NCBI GenBank assembly: GCA_965208325.1
Contig: OZ242326.1
Coordinates: forward strand, 1,440,001-1,504,000
DNA from: Candidatus Poribacteria bacterium
Lineage (GTDB): Bacteria; Poribacteria; WGA-4E; PCPOR2b
DNA: 64,000 nt
Direction of reading: 5' to 3'
Shown piece by piece: positions 11,738-21,451 of the stretch. The notes under the pieces are model-generated. The model was not told where the DNA came from. It was given only the letters and a program-made list of their open reading frames with translations, and did not search any database. Position 1 is the first letter of the stretch. The number at the start of each line of letters is the position of its first letter. The position numbers were made by a program, and so were the translations under genes.

Positions 11738-12778
11738 TTGCCAGAAAACACGCCGTTGTACCCGTTAAAATTCGAGCCAATCTACAAGGAAAAGGTCTGG
11801 GGCGGAAGAGGGTTAGAAAAGCTTGGGCGAAAACTTCCGGGAAGTGCGAGCACACGTATCGGCGAATCGTGGGAGGTGGCTGATCTCGGTGTAAGCTCAC
11901 CCTCTGGGGGCGGCGGCTATGCACGCTCTATTGTAAACAACGGTCAATTTCTCGGCACTTCGTTGCACGAACTCATCGCGCGATACGGCGAGAGACTTCT
12001 GGGGCGGTTGTCGCCCGGCGTCTCGGGCAATTTCCCATATTTGTTCAAATACATCGACATTCACGAGAACGTGTCTGTGCAGGTACATCCCACTTCTGCA
12101 TATGTCCGCAGCCACCCTAAAGCATGCGTAAAACATGAAGCGTGGTACATCGTGGATGCAAAACCGGGAGCGGTCGTCTATAAAGGTGTCCGCGAAGGCG
12201 TGACGCCCCGGCAGTTTCGCGGCGCCATCGCATCCGGAACGGTTCAAGAGGTTGAAGCAACGCTGATTAAAGTGCCGGCGAAGCGCGGCGGCTGCCACTA
12301 CCTGCCGAGCGGCACCTGCCATGCGGCTGGTGCGGGCGTGCTATTAGCCGAAATTCAGAACGCCAGCGACACGACGTTCCGCGTGTACGATTGGGGCCGA
12401 ACAGACCGCGATCTGCATATTGAGCAGGCGATGCAGTGTATCGAGTTCGGCCCGCCCGACGTTAGCCAATACGAAAAGCGGCTAACTAGACCTAACCGGA
12501 TTGGCGACGCTGCACAACTGCTTGCGTGCGAACACTTTCGTATTCATAAGGTTCACGCAACCAGAAACGCGGCGCGGGAATTGGCATTCAATCAAATCTC
12601 CGTCTGGATGGTGCTTGAGGGCAGCGGACAAATCGACCCTAACAACGGCGCCGCGCCTGTCGAGTTCTCGCGGGGCGAAACACTCTTTTTTCCGGCAAGT
12701 CTTTTGAATGTTCAGATCGAGATATTTCAAGATGCGGTCTGGCTTGAAGTTACCTTTCCATCAACTTCAGCGGCATGA
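11738..12778 (+). CDS. manA: Class I mannose-6-phosphate isomerase (cupin)
   Basis: KVWGG, IGESWE, SVQVHP, KHEAWY, GTCHA, EIQ..SDTTFRVYDWGR. TTG start chosen after a GGAG. Confidence 0.88.
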   Translation: MPENTPLYPLKFEPIYKEKVWGGRGLEKLGRKLPGSASTRIGESWEVADLGVSSPSGGGGYARSIVNNGQFLGTSLHELIARYGERLLGRLSPGVSGNFPYLFKYIDIHENVSVQVHPTSAYVRSHPKACVKHEAWYIVDAKPGAVVYKGVREGVTPRQFRGAIASGTVQEVEATLIKVPAKRGGCHYLPSGTCHAAGAGVLLAEIQNASDTTFRVYDWGRTDRDLHIEQAMQCIEFGPPDVSQYEKRLTRPNRIGDAAQLLACEHFRIHKVHATRNAARELAFNQISVWMVLEGSGQIDPNNGAAPVEFSRGETLFFPASLLNVQIEIFQDAVWLEVTFPSTSAA

Positions 12779-12928
12779 TATTGACTTAAAAAGTAATTTA
12801 ATCTTCCGTTCAACAGACAATTCTGGATAATTCTTGGCGGTTTCGACGTTGATTGTTGATGGATGACCGTGTACAGTCTATTCCCGAGGTTGCCTTCAGC
12901 ATTAAATCCAGATGAAGGAGGGCTAACA

Positions 12929-13672
12929 TTGACAGAACAACAAAAATATCTTTTTGATTTACAGGGGTACATCGTATTGAAAGATGTGGTACCGTTAAAC
13001 ATCGTGGAGGCGTGCAACCGCGTGCTGGATCGATTTGAAAATATGCCTCCGGAGGAATTTCCGACTCCTCTCGTTTTGGGAACGCCAAAAACAGAGAAAG
13101 AGCTTTACATCTCAAATATCCTTGAGAGCGACCCGGCTTTTATTCCGCTAATTGACATCCCCGAAGTACTGTCCATTATCGAAGGCGTTACCGGCGGCGA
13201 GTACCGCCTGAATCATACCTATACCATCTACAGATGGAAAGATGGATATACACCGATGCATATGCACGCCACGCCGATTATCTCCAAATGCCAATACCAC
13301 TGCCGCAACGGTCAGATGGTTTCTACCTTAACCAAAGCAGTGTTTCCAATGATTGATTGCCATGTTGAGGACGGTAGCTTCGCAGCTATCCCGGGCGCGC
13401 ACAAGAGCAATTTTCCGAGGCCGTGGGGCGAGCATCCGGACGAAAATCCGGTTTTGACGCCGATACCCGCAAATGCGGGCGATGCTATCATTTTTACGGA
13501 AGCCTTAACACACGGCTCAGTGATGAACAAGTCAGGCCGCCGAAGGCGAACTGTTTATTTTTGTTACAGCATCGGTTACATGCCTGACTGGGGCGGACAA
13601 GGGCTGGTCTTTAGCGACCGGGTCATGGAGTCCCTAAACGCGGCACAGCAGGAGATTATTCGGTTGAAGTAG
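12929..13672 (+). CDS. Phytanoyl-CoA dioxygenase (PhyH)-family Fe(II)/2OG enzyme
   Basis: YLFDLQGYIVL, IPGAHKS, AGDAIIFTEALTHG, RR. TTG start after AAGGAGG. Confidence 0.85.
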   Translation: MTEQQKYLFDLQGYIVLKDVVPLNIVEACNRVLDRFENMPPEEFPTPLVLGTPKTEKELYISNILESDPAFIPLIDIPEVLSIIEGVTGGEYRLNHTYTIYRWKDGYTPMHMHATPIISKCQYHCRNGQMVSTLTKAVFPMIDCHVEDGSFAAIPGAHKSNFPRPWGEHPDENPVLTPIPANAGDAIIFTEALTHGSVMNKSGRRRRTVYFCYSIGYMPDWGGQGLVFSDRVMESLNAAQQEIIRLK

Positions 13673-13771
13673 GTATCTTCAATCAGACAATCAGTAGGCG
13701 GGCGTAACGCACGATTAGACGGCGCACGGCGGACATAAGGCACGACTAGAACGAAACTAGAGGCTACGAAC

Positions 13772-15808
13772 ATGGCAGAAATTTCATCGGTCAAGGCGCG
13801 TGTGTGGATGAGCTACGTGAACGTAGTCAACGGCGTGGACGAAGACTTCCGTGACATGAATGCCCACGGTATCGAAGGCGTGGAGATTAACATGTATCCT
13901 GCGATATGGGTGGGCGACGAAATTGACCTGAATCAGGCGTTAGCATGCGCCCGAAAATACGACATGAAGCTCGCATTTACGATCGAGAACATCACGCTTC
14001 GTGCGGACCGCGTCGCTGCACATGGCATTACGCCAACACCGTGCGTTATGATTGGCGGCGCCTATCATGGAAAAGCAATCGACTGGAATCGGTTCTCCTT
14101 CGCACCTGAACGGCAGGAAATAACGATTGAGAAGCCTGTTTTCGGCAGCGATTGGACGCTCGGAAACGGCAGTTACTACGCCGAACTATTGCCGCCGCAT
14201 CATGCGGAGGCCGTCGTCAAGGAGAAGGATTACGACGGCCGCCAACACTTGGCAATAATTCCTGCGTCGATTGAGGTTGATGGCGAGCACACCTATCGTA
14301 TGCAGTTTGATCTATCCGGCACACGGGGTGATCTTGACAATGTCATGCTAGCAGTCTATTGGCGAATGCGCGGCCCCATTTTCGAGCAGCCGCAGCCTGC
14401 AAACTATTTCGGCAACGCGGCAAGTCCCCACGCGGCTGGTACCGCCGAAGGGCTTCGCGCACAGCTTAGATACGAGATTGGGAGGTGGGCGGAGGCAAAC
14501 GGCGGCGAATTTCCCGCCGATATTGTTATGGGAGTGCGTATCGGCGACGAGGATTTTTTGCAGACGGTGCCGAACGGTCCCGCGAATCCAGCGCAGTCGA
14601 TGCCGCTATGGGACTATTCAGACGATGCCATTTCTGCCTTCAAACGACTGAATCCCGTCGACACCTATCCGCGGCATTGGACGTATCGTGAGGCGTTCGG
14701 CGCGCGTGCTTATGCCGATTGGATGTGGTCTTGCCACGGCGCCTGTGCAAATCTTCTGCGAACTGCGAAGGATACGCTGCGCCAAGAAGGTCTCGAGTCG
14801 CTAAGAATTTATCGGAATCTTACACGCTGCAACATCTTCTACGTAGGAAACGACCACGGCGGCATGGGGCTCGACATGTGCGCGCGCGAGATGGACATTG
14901 TTTCCGCAGACCCCTACCCAGCCTCGGACCGCGGTTACAACGACAGTTCAATACCGCGGGATATGAGTTACGTCGCCGGTCTTGCCCGCCGGCATGGGAA
15001 AGAGCTAATGCCGTGGATGCAGGGCCATGAAATTCAACACCCGTCAGTGGTGCATCTCAACCGGCTCTATGAGCAGCACGTTGCACAAGCGCCGACGCGA
15101 ATAATGTATTTGGGCTATGGAAACCATGAGCGCCCTCCAAAAGGCACCGCTGCCACCTTTCCGGGCGGGAACCCGGACTCATGGGAGGAATCCCGCCGGC
15201 TGAACAACCAGTTCCGCCAACGCGCCGCAAGAAATGTTACCGCGCGCGTTGCAGCCGTGCGCGATTATCATGTGTGGAGCCTTAACGCGTTCGGTGAAGT
15301 GGACTGCCTTGACCGGCTATTCACGGACATTCTCGGTGAAATATCCGATCCGCACGGCACGCCGTTCGACCCGATCGAGGTTCGTTCGCTTGACGCGCTC
15401 GATTGGGTAGAACTTGCGCATTACAGTATCGTGGTTGCCGCTCTGCCGCACAAGGTGCCCCCGCATTGCTGGCGCCGATTTGCGGAATTGCCCGGCAAGT
15501 GCGTATTGCTTGCTTCCGACTGTGAAACGCTCACGGAGGATGAAGCAACGACCGGTGTCCGTTCTTCAGGTGAGATTTCGCATGGTGGGGAGGTCTCGAC
15601 GATTGACGGGGTTTGCCTGCCGAGCTTGTACGTCCGTCCCGTTGAGGTCAGCCCCGACGTGCACAACCTCGGAGAATACGGCGGTAAGACTTGCATTTGG
15701 CGGGTAGGCTCCATCCTCTTTTCCAGCGGACGGATACGGCGCGAGGCGGTGCCGCAATTCGTTGAATGGCTGGGCGCGTGTGAGTGCCCCGAGTTAATCG
15801 ACGGTTAA
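13772..15808 (+). CDS. Hypothetical protein, glycoside-hydrolase-like (TIM barrel plus a GH42-like trimerisation region)
   Basis: 678-aa ORF. GDE, DYSDDAISAF, DIVSADPYP and PWMQ recall clan GH-A/GH42-like enzymes, but the family is not certain. Confidence 0.5.
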   Translation: MAEISSVKARVWMSYVNVVNGVDEDFRDMNAHGIEGVEINMYPAIWVGDEIDLNQALACARKYDMKLAFTIENITLRADRVAAHGITPTPCVMIGGAYHGKAIDWNRFSFAPERQEITIEKPVFGSDWTLGNGSYYAELLPPHHAEAVVKEKDYDGRQHLAIIPASIEVDGEHTYRMQFDLSGTRGDLDNVMLAVYWRMRGPIFEQPQPANYFGNAASPHAAGTAEGLRAQLRYEIGRWAEANGGEFPADIVMGVRIGDEDFLQTVPNGPANPAQSMPLWDYSDDAISAFKRLNPVDTYPRHWTYREAFGARAYADWMWSCHGACANLLRTAKDTLRQEGLESLRIYRNLTRCNIFYVGNDHGGMGLDMCAREMDIVSADPYPASDRGYNDSSIPRDMSYVAGLARRHGKELMPWMQGHEIQHPSVVHLNRLYEQHVAQAPTRIMYLGYGNHERPPKGTAATFPGGNPDSWEESRRLNNQFRQRAARNVTARVAAVRDYHVWSLNAFGEVDCLDRLFTDILGEISDPHGTPFDPIEVRSLDALDWVELAHYSIVVAALPHKVPPHCWRRFAELPGKCVLLASDCETLTEDEATTGVRSSGEISHGGEVSTIDGVCLPSLYVRPVEVSPDVHNLGEYGGKTCIWRVGSILFSSGRIRREAVPQFVEWLGACECPELIDG

Positions 15809-15830
15809 AACCGAAGCAATATCACTCCGA

Positions 15831-17306
15831 TCAGACACCCTTAATTGCATATTCCTCCATCTTGGAATGCAGGGTGTTTCGATTGATTCCGAGGAGTTCC
15901 GCTGCCTTGCTGCGATTCCAACCTGTCCGCTCAAGAACAATTTTAAATAACGCCTTCTCAAAACCAGCGCGAATCTCCGTGTAGAGCAAGCCATCAGTTC
16001 TTTCGGACTCAATGTACTCGTCAACGCGTTCCGTAATCATGGCTTTTAACTGTGTGCCGTAGCTTGTGTCCGCATTGGCATCGGAAGAAGCCTTAACCGT
16101 GACGAGCTGGGGAAAATGTTCCGGTAGAAGTACGTGACCCGAGCACATCACTAATGCGCGCTTGAGCGTATTTTCCAATTCTCGCACGTTCCCGGGCCAA
16201 TCGTAATTCACTAGCATTTCAAATGCTTCAGGAGAGATTGACGCTTCCGGAAGATTATACTCCCCGGCAAAGCGGCGAATAAACGAATCGATAAGATCCC
16301 GAATATCCTGTTTCCGCTCGCGCAGCGGGGGCAGATAGATTGGGACAACATTGAGCCGATAGTACAAATCTTCACGAAATGCGCCTTTTTGGATAGCTAA
16401 ATCGAGCTGCCGGTTGGTCGCAGCGATAACCCGCACGTCAACGTGACTCGACACATTTGACCCAACTGGCTCAACCTCGCGTTCCTGTAGCACACGCAAT
16501 AATTTCATCTGCACTTCTGTAGGCAGCTCGCCCACCTCATCCAGAAAGATTGTCCCACCATGAGCTTGTTTAAACTTGCCTTGCCGGTCTGCATCCGCCC
16601 CAGTGAATGCGCCCCTGACATGCCCGAACAGCGTGCTTTCGATTAAGCCCGGCGGAACCGCGCTGCAATCGACCACAACAAAGGATGCCTCTGCTCTCCT
16701 GCTGTTCTGGTGGATTGCGCGGGCAACCAACTCCTTCCCGGTTCCACTCTCACCCATGATAAGCATGGTTTCATCAAGCATCGCGGCGCGTCCTATGATT
16801 TGAAAAACCACATGCATCGCGGGACTTTCACCCACAATTTGAAATCTTGCGTCCTCTTCGGAAGACGATGCGGCGGCTGTATCGGTATTCAGAGTGCGTT
16901 CCTGATTGGATTTTAAACCTGCGAGTGTCCGCTTTGCTTGATTAGCGGCATATGCAGCTCGAGCAACGAGATCGGTTACGGCTATGATGTCAAAAGGCTT
17001 TGTGATATAGTCGTAGGTGCGCCGTTTGGCGGCTTCGATGGCGATTTGCGTCGTGCCATGCGCAGTAACAATTATAATCGAGACTGTGGAGTTTATTTCT
17101 TGAATCGTCTCAATCAGATCCAGCCCGTTAGTATCAGGCATGAAGATATCAAGCAGTATCACGTCAATCGGTTTTGTCCGCAGCAGGTCAACTGTCTCGC
17201 GGCCGTTGCGCGCACAGAATATGCGGTAACCCTCTTTCTTTAGGGCTTTCGTCAGTACGAAACGAATGCTTTCGTCATCGTCAGCGATGAGAATTGAGTA
17301 ATTCAT
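15831..17306 (-). CDS. Sigma54-dependent response regulator (NtrC family)
   Basis: Receiver domain (ADDD, LLDIFMP, KPF), GESGTGKE, intact GAFTGA, FLDEVGE, WPGNVREL, Fis-type HTH. Confidence 0.95.
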   Translation of the reverse strand: MNYSILIADDDESIRFVLTKALKKEGYRIFCARNGRETVDLLRTKPIDVILLDIFMPDTNGLDLIETIQEINSTVSIIIVTAHGTTQIAIEAAKRRTYDYITKPFDIIAVTDLVARAAYAANQAKRTLAGLKSNQERTLNTDTAAASSSEEDARFQIVGESPAMHVVFQIIGRAAMLDETMLIMGESGTGKELVARAIHQNSRRAEASFVVVDCSAVPPGLIESTLFGHVRGAFTGADADRQGKFKQAHGGTIFLDEVGELPTEVQMKLLRVLQEREVEPVGSNVSSHVDVRVIAATNRQLDLAIQKGAFREDLYYRLNVVPIYLPPLRERKQDIRDLIDSFIRRFAGEYNLPEASISPEAFEMLVNYDWPGNVRELENTLKRALVMCSGHVLLPEHFPQLVTVKASSDANADTSYGTQLKAMITERVDEYIESERTDGLLYTEIRAGFEKALFKIVLERTGWNRSKAAELLGINRNTLHSKMEEYAIKGV

Positions 17307-17378
17307 GGGTATTCACATTTGGAGCACGTATTTGCGTTAGGCAATCCGTGCCAATCTTGAGATTCGAGCGTTCGGGTT

Positions 17379-18947
17379 TCAGATTGGGAGTGTAATTATG
17401 AAAGCCGTACCTTGGGTTAGCGCGGCATCGACTTCAACAGTGCCGCCGTGTTCTTCAATAACCTCGCGGCAAATCGCCAGTCCAAGCCCTGTTCCTTTGT
17501 GCTTCGTGGTAAAAAACGGATCGAACAGATGCGGCACGATATCCGGGGAGATTCCGGCGCCCGTGTCCTGAACACGAATCTGAACTGTCCTTTTGTCTGC
17601 CGCTTCCGTTCCGCTCGGAGGCTGCTTTGAGCGGGCATCAGCGCCAGCGTCATCACTTTGGGTTTGGATTGTCAACACACCGCCTTTTTCCATGGATTCG
17701 ATTGCGTTCCGGAACAGATTCAGTAACACTTGCGTCAACCTATCCGCATCGACGGCGACGGGCGGACAGCTGTCCCAACGGCTGTATTGGACACGAATCC
17801 GGTTTTGATCGAAATCAGGTTGACAGATGGACAGGCCATTTTCGATAATCTCGTAAAGATTGTGCAGCTTAAAATTCGTGGGGTGCCCCTTGCCAAAGGT
17901 GAGCAACTGTTCAATAACGCCATTGAGGCGGTCCACCTCTTTAATGATGACGTCGATACACGCTTTAGTTTCAGGATTCGATTCACTTTCGAGTTCGAGG
18001 AGTTGCGCCGCCCCGCGAATGCCGCCAAGCGGATTCCTAACCTCGTGGGCGACAGTTGTGGCGAGCTTGCCGAGTGTTGCAAGCCGTTCGGATTGGACGA
18101 ACGAATCAATCATCTCCTGAATCTTAACGCGTTGGCCCAAAATTGAAGCGATGATTGTCAAAATGCGAAGGTCATCTTGAGCAGAGAATTCATCTGAAGC
18201 CTTGTCGACTGTTAGTGTCGCTGCCACCTGTTCATCAACGATGACCGGGATACACCAAAAAGCAATTGAATCTTTAGACTGAACCGAAGTCGCATCGGGA
18301 AGGTCGAGTTGTTGAAGCGGTTTGCGCGTATGCGGGACGCCAATTGCCTGTCCGGAATCCAAAACTTTCCGCTGAATTTCGTGGATTTGACTGTCTGTTC
18401 CGCGCTGCAGTTCTGCTTTCGTCAATCCGAATACGGCGCCCATCGTTCTTGTTCGTTTACCATCGTGCCAGATTCTCAGCGTGCCGCGATACACTCCCAT
18501 ACGGTGTGTGAGGATTTTCATGATTTCTTGGAAAAGTTCGTCCAGTTCTAAAGCAGAATTTGCAGCTTTGCCGACTTCAAACAGCGTAGCGAGGTCACGT
18601 ACCCGACTGCCTAAGTTTTGAAGTTGCTCTTCGTTTGTGTCTCGCTTTAATTCGGACAATCGTAGTGTACGAGTGATCGCCAGCGCAATGAAGGGATACA
18701 CCGTGGCAACAACCGTCGTTACTCCGGCAACGTACATCTGATCATAAAACAGGACGATATACAGCCAATTTGCAAATGTTGTTAAAGCAACTAGCACCGC
18801 TTGCCCGATCCGTCCGCTATATTTTCCCGCAAGGACTATGATTCCGTAGTAGATGTGCATCACAATTTCGTAGCCTTGCGGATAATTTGAATTGTATGTA
18901 AAGAGATTGATGAGTACAACAAGGGTTGCGAGGAAGGTTGTGTTCAT
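17379..18947 (-). CDS. Membrane sensor histidine kinase with a GAF domain (NtrB-like kinase core)
   Basis: N-terminal TMs, GAF domain, AHEVRNPLGGIRGAAQLL H-box, NLFRNA, DTGAGI, FFTTK, GTGLGL. Confidence 0.93.
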   Translation of the reverse strand: MNTTFLATLVVLINLFTYNSNYPQGYEIVMHIYYGIIVLAGKYSGRIGQAVLVALTTFANWLYIVLFYDQMYVAGVTTVVATVYPFIALAITRTLRLSELKRDTNEEQLQNLGSRVRDLATLFEVGKAANSALELDELFQEIMKILTHRMGVYRGTLRIWHDGKRTRTMGAVFGLTKAELQRGTDSQIHEIQRKVLDSGQAIGVPHTRKPLQQLDLPDATSVQSKDSIAFWCIPVIVDEQVAATLTVDKASDEFSAQDDLRILTIIASILGQRVKIQEMIDSFVQSERLATLGKLATTVAHEVRNPLGGIRGAAQLLELESESNPETKACIDVIIKEVDRLNGVIEQLLTFGKGHPTNFKLHNLYEIIENGLSICQPDFDQNRIRVQYSRWDSCPPVAVDADRLTQVLLNLFRNAIESMEKGGVLTIQTQSDDAGADARSKQPPSGTEAADKRTVQIRVQDTGAGISPDIVPHLFDPFFTTKHKGTGLGLAICREVIEEHGGTVEVDAALTQGTAFIITLPI

Positions 18948-18959
18948 GGCCGGGCGAGA

Positions 18960-19571
18960 TTAATTCCGCAAAAAATTATCGAGCATCTTGAGTCCGATGC
19001 GGCCGCTTTTTTCCAGATGGAATTGTGTCGCAATGAGGTTCTCGTGGGCGACAACACTGCAAAATTCAACGCTGTACGTCGTTTTGCCAATTATGTGAGA
19101 TGAAATCCGGGGAATCGGATAGTACGAATTTACAAAATAGAAGTGCGCGGGATTCGGGACATCGTGAAAAAAAGGGTGCGATTGGGTCTGATTCACTTCA
19201 TTCCAGCCAATCTGCGGCACTTTTAAAATGCGGTCTGCTTCAAATTTTTTTACAACACCTGGTAAAATGCCGAGGCACTCGGTATTTTCTTCTTCGCTGT
19301 GATCGAACAGAATTTGGATGCCGATACATATTCCCAGCATAGGTTTGCCGGCATTATAAACCTGCTTCAATATCTCCGAGAGCCCTCCCGCCTTCAGGTT
19401 GTCCATGGTTGCCCGTGCTGCCCCGACACCGGGGAAAATTACCTTTTCGGCAGACAGAATGGTATCGGAATCCGCCGTAATCACTCCATCGTAGCCTAAG
19501 TATGCCACGGCTCGTTCAACGCTTGTCAAGTTGCCTGCGCCGTAGTCGATAATTGCAATCATGGTCAACAC
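18960..19571 (-). CDS. hisH: Imidazole glycerol phosphate synthase glutaminase subunit
   Basis: IIDYGAGNL, FPGVG, GICIG, QFHLEKS. The start may be ATG 19562. Confidence 0.95.
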   Translation of the reverse strand: MLTMIAIIDYGAGNLTSVERAVAYLGYDGVITADSDTILSAEKVIFPGVGAARATMDNLKAGGLSEILKQVYNAGKPMLGICIGIQILFDHSEEENTECLGILPGVVKKFEADRILKVPQIGWNEVNQTQSHPFFHDVPNPAHFYFVNSYYPIPRISSHIIGKTTYSVEFCSVVAHENLIATQFHLEKSGRIGLKMLDNFLRN

Positions 19572-19598
19572 ACGTTTATGGTACGTTCGTTTGAAAAA

Positions 19599-20408
19599 TT
19601 AAAAATGGCCCGTTGAAGTGGTGTTGAAGGGTGAAAATAAGTCCGAACTGTCCATTTGTCCAAACGCCGTCTTCATTCGAAAAATGTACAATTCCTTCTC
19701 CTCATCACCGTGATAGGGAACGGCAAAATTCAGCGTATTGTCTTTAACATCGGGGTACTGATTTGGGTTCAGGATGTTTCCACCCGCCTTTACTTCGGTC
19801 ATCACTCGGAATCGTAGTTTAACCGATGCGTTTTCCACATTTCTTGTCTTACTGAAGGTCTCTTGCTCGCTGAACAGATTCAGCAGTTTTTGTTTCATCG
19901 AAGCTGAGATCGATATCCCAAGTTCATCAAGCCGTTCTTCCAACGCTTGACCGAATGACTCAGATATTAGGGTTGTAACAGGTACCGTCTCAAAGAATTT
20001 TCCGTGGCCTAAGCAAACTTTCACGTTTGTTCCGCTTCTGCCACGAATCAAGTAAAATACTTGCCGAATGGGTAAGGAAAGTATGTCGTCGCCCGTTTGA
20101 AGCATCTGTGTCCGGATGATGTTTTCTGCCCCTTCAATCAATTCTTGGACATCTTTTTCACCCGTCGGAATTGTCGAGTTGAAAGAGGAAACTGAATAGC
20201 TGTTGTTATCTTTTAATTCTATCAACTCTCCACCGTCAAAAATTGGGTCATTTTGATTGAGCTTTATAGCCAAATCGGGGAACTTTCCTTTGTTGATACA
20301 AGCGAGCATATCCTCATCGAATGGAAAAGTATCAAGCGGATTTTGGGATGTGAATTTATCTCTTTTTACACATAGGTCGGCGAAGTAGTGGTAAATTGAA
20401 CTAGCCAT
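19599..20408 (-). CDS. Hypothetical protein; candidate PD-(D/E)xK restriction endonuclease, possibly frameshifted at the 3' end
   Basis: FPD...ELIELK motif. Abuts the methylase stop codon with no gap. Confidence 0.55.
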   Translation of the reverse strand: MASSIYHYFADLCVKRDKFTSQNPLDTFPFDEDMLACINKGKFPDLAIKLNQNDPIFDGGELIELKDNNSYSVSSFNSTIPTGEKDVQELIEGAENIIRTQMLQTGDDILSLPIRQVFYLIRGRSGTNVKVCLGHGKFFETVPVTTLISESFGQALEERLDELGISISASMKQKLLNLFSEQETFSKTRNVENASVKLRFRVMTEVKAGGNILNPNQYPDVKDNTLNFAVPYHGDEEKELYIFRMKTAFGQMDSSDLFSPFNTTSTGHF

Positions 20409-21305
20409 CTATTTATTTGACTCAAAAAGTGCCATCTGTTCGGAAGCAGAATTTGGTACTTTACTTTGTGTAGTTGTTCCCCAAATGACTTCTAAGTTCG
20501 GTGTGCATTTGTAGTCTTTGAACAAACCTGAAATGTCATCTGCTTTTCTTTTTTCAGCAAGCCTATTCCGAATTATTTCGACGTTAATCTTATCGAGTTC
20601 CATGCCAACCGATTGTCGTCCCAACTGCTCCGCAACAACCAAGGTCGTCCCCGAACCAGCGAATGGGTCCAACACAACATCCCCGGGATTTGTTGACGAC
20701 AAGATTATCCTAACGAGAAGTTGAGTCGGTGTCTGTTGCTTGTGCAAACGATTCCCCTCTGTATCCCGAAGGGCTTCATCTCCAGCAAAGTACCCCGATG
20801 TCAGCTCACGAATATCGTCCCACACGTCGGTAACGAACATGCCGTTTTCCCGTTCATATTTGTAATCAGCTGGAAGCGGCGGATTGATTCTCAGGCGGTG
20901 AAATACGCCTGGGCGTTCCCCCTTCGTTGCGAACGCAATAATCTGGTAATGCTTGCCAAAACGCTTCATTCCGGGCACGGCGGACGTTTTCTTTTTCCAA
21001 ATTATCAAGTTTTGAAACGTCCACCCTGATTCGCGAAGACAGCGCAGCACTGATTCAGTTTTCTTTTCGCGTTGCATAAAATAGATTGCGCCGCCTGACG
21101 CCGTCCCGCGGCAAATCTTTGTACAAACATCGCTCATCCGCCTCCAATATTCCGCTTCAGGCAAGTTGTCGTCCCACTCATTATATCCTTTGTCCTGATT
21201 GAAGGGCGGATCGAGAAACGTGAGATCCACAGGCCGCAAATCAATGTTCTGTTGGTCCAATAACGACGAACAATCTCCGAGCAGCACAGTTGCATTCATT
21301 TTCAA
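20409..21305 (-). CDS. N4-C/N6-A DNA methyltransferase, beta class
   Basis: The DPPF catalytic motif precedes HKQQTP and the DPFAGSGT SAM-binding motif. Confidence 0.92.
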   Translation of the reverse strand: MKMNATVLLGDCSSLLDQQNIDLRPVDLTFLDPPFNQDKGYNEWDDNLPEAEYWRRMSDVCTKICRGTASGGAIYFMQREKKTESVLRCLRESGWTFQNLIIWKKKTSAVPGMKRFGKHYQIIAFATKGERPGVFHRLRINPPLPADYKYERENGMFVTDVWDDIRELTSGYFAGDEALRDTEGNRLHKQQTPTQLLVRIILSSTNPGDVVLDPFAGSGTTLVVAEQLGRQSVGMELDKINVEIIRNRLAEKRKADDISGLFKDYKCTPNLEVIWGTTTQSKVPNSASEQMALFESNK

Positions 21306-21451
21306 TCCTGAGACCTGAGAAACTCGTCATTGACTATCATCGGGACTTCATTTGGTATTGGGAAATTGATTTAAGTCCCGGCGAAAATTTTTCCATGCAC
21401 GTCAAATGGATTCGGAAGTTTACATTTCCAATATATGGCCATTCGTTTGTA

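Noticed and set aside
17341..17353. TGGCACGGATTGC upstream of the NtrC-like gene as a sigma54 promoter
   Set aside because: The GG-to-GC spacing is 8 nt rather than the strict 10. The similar site near 57530 is also mis-spaced.
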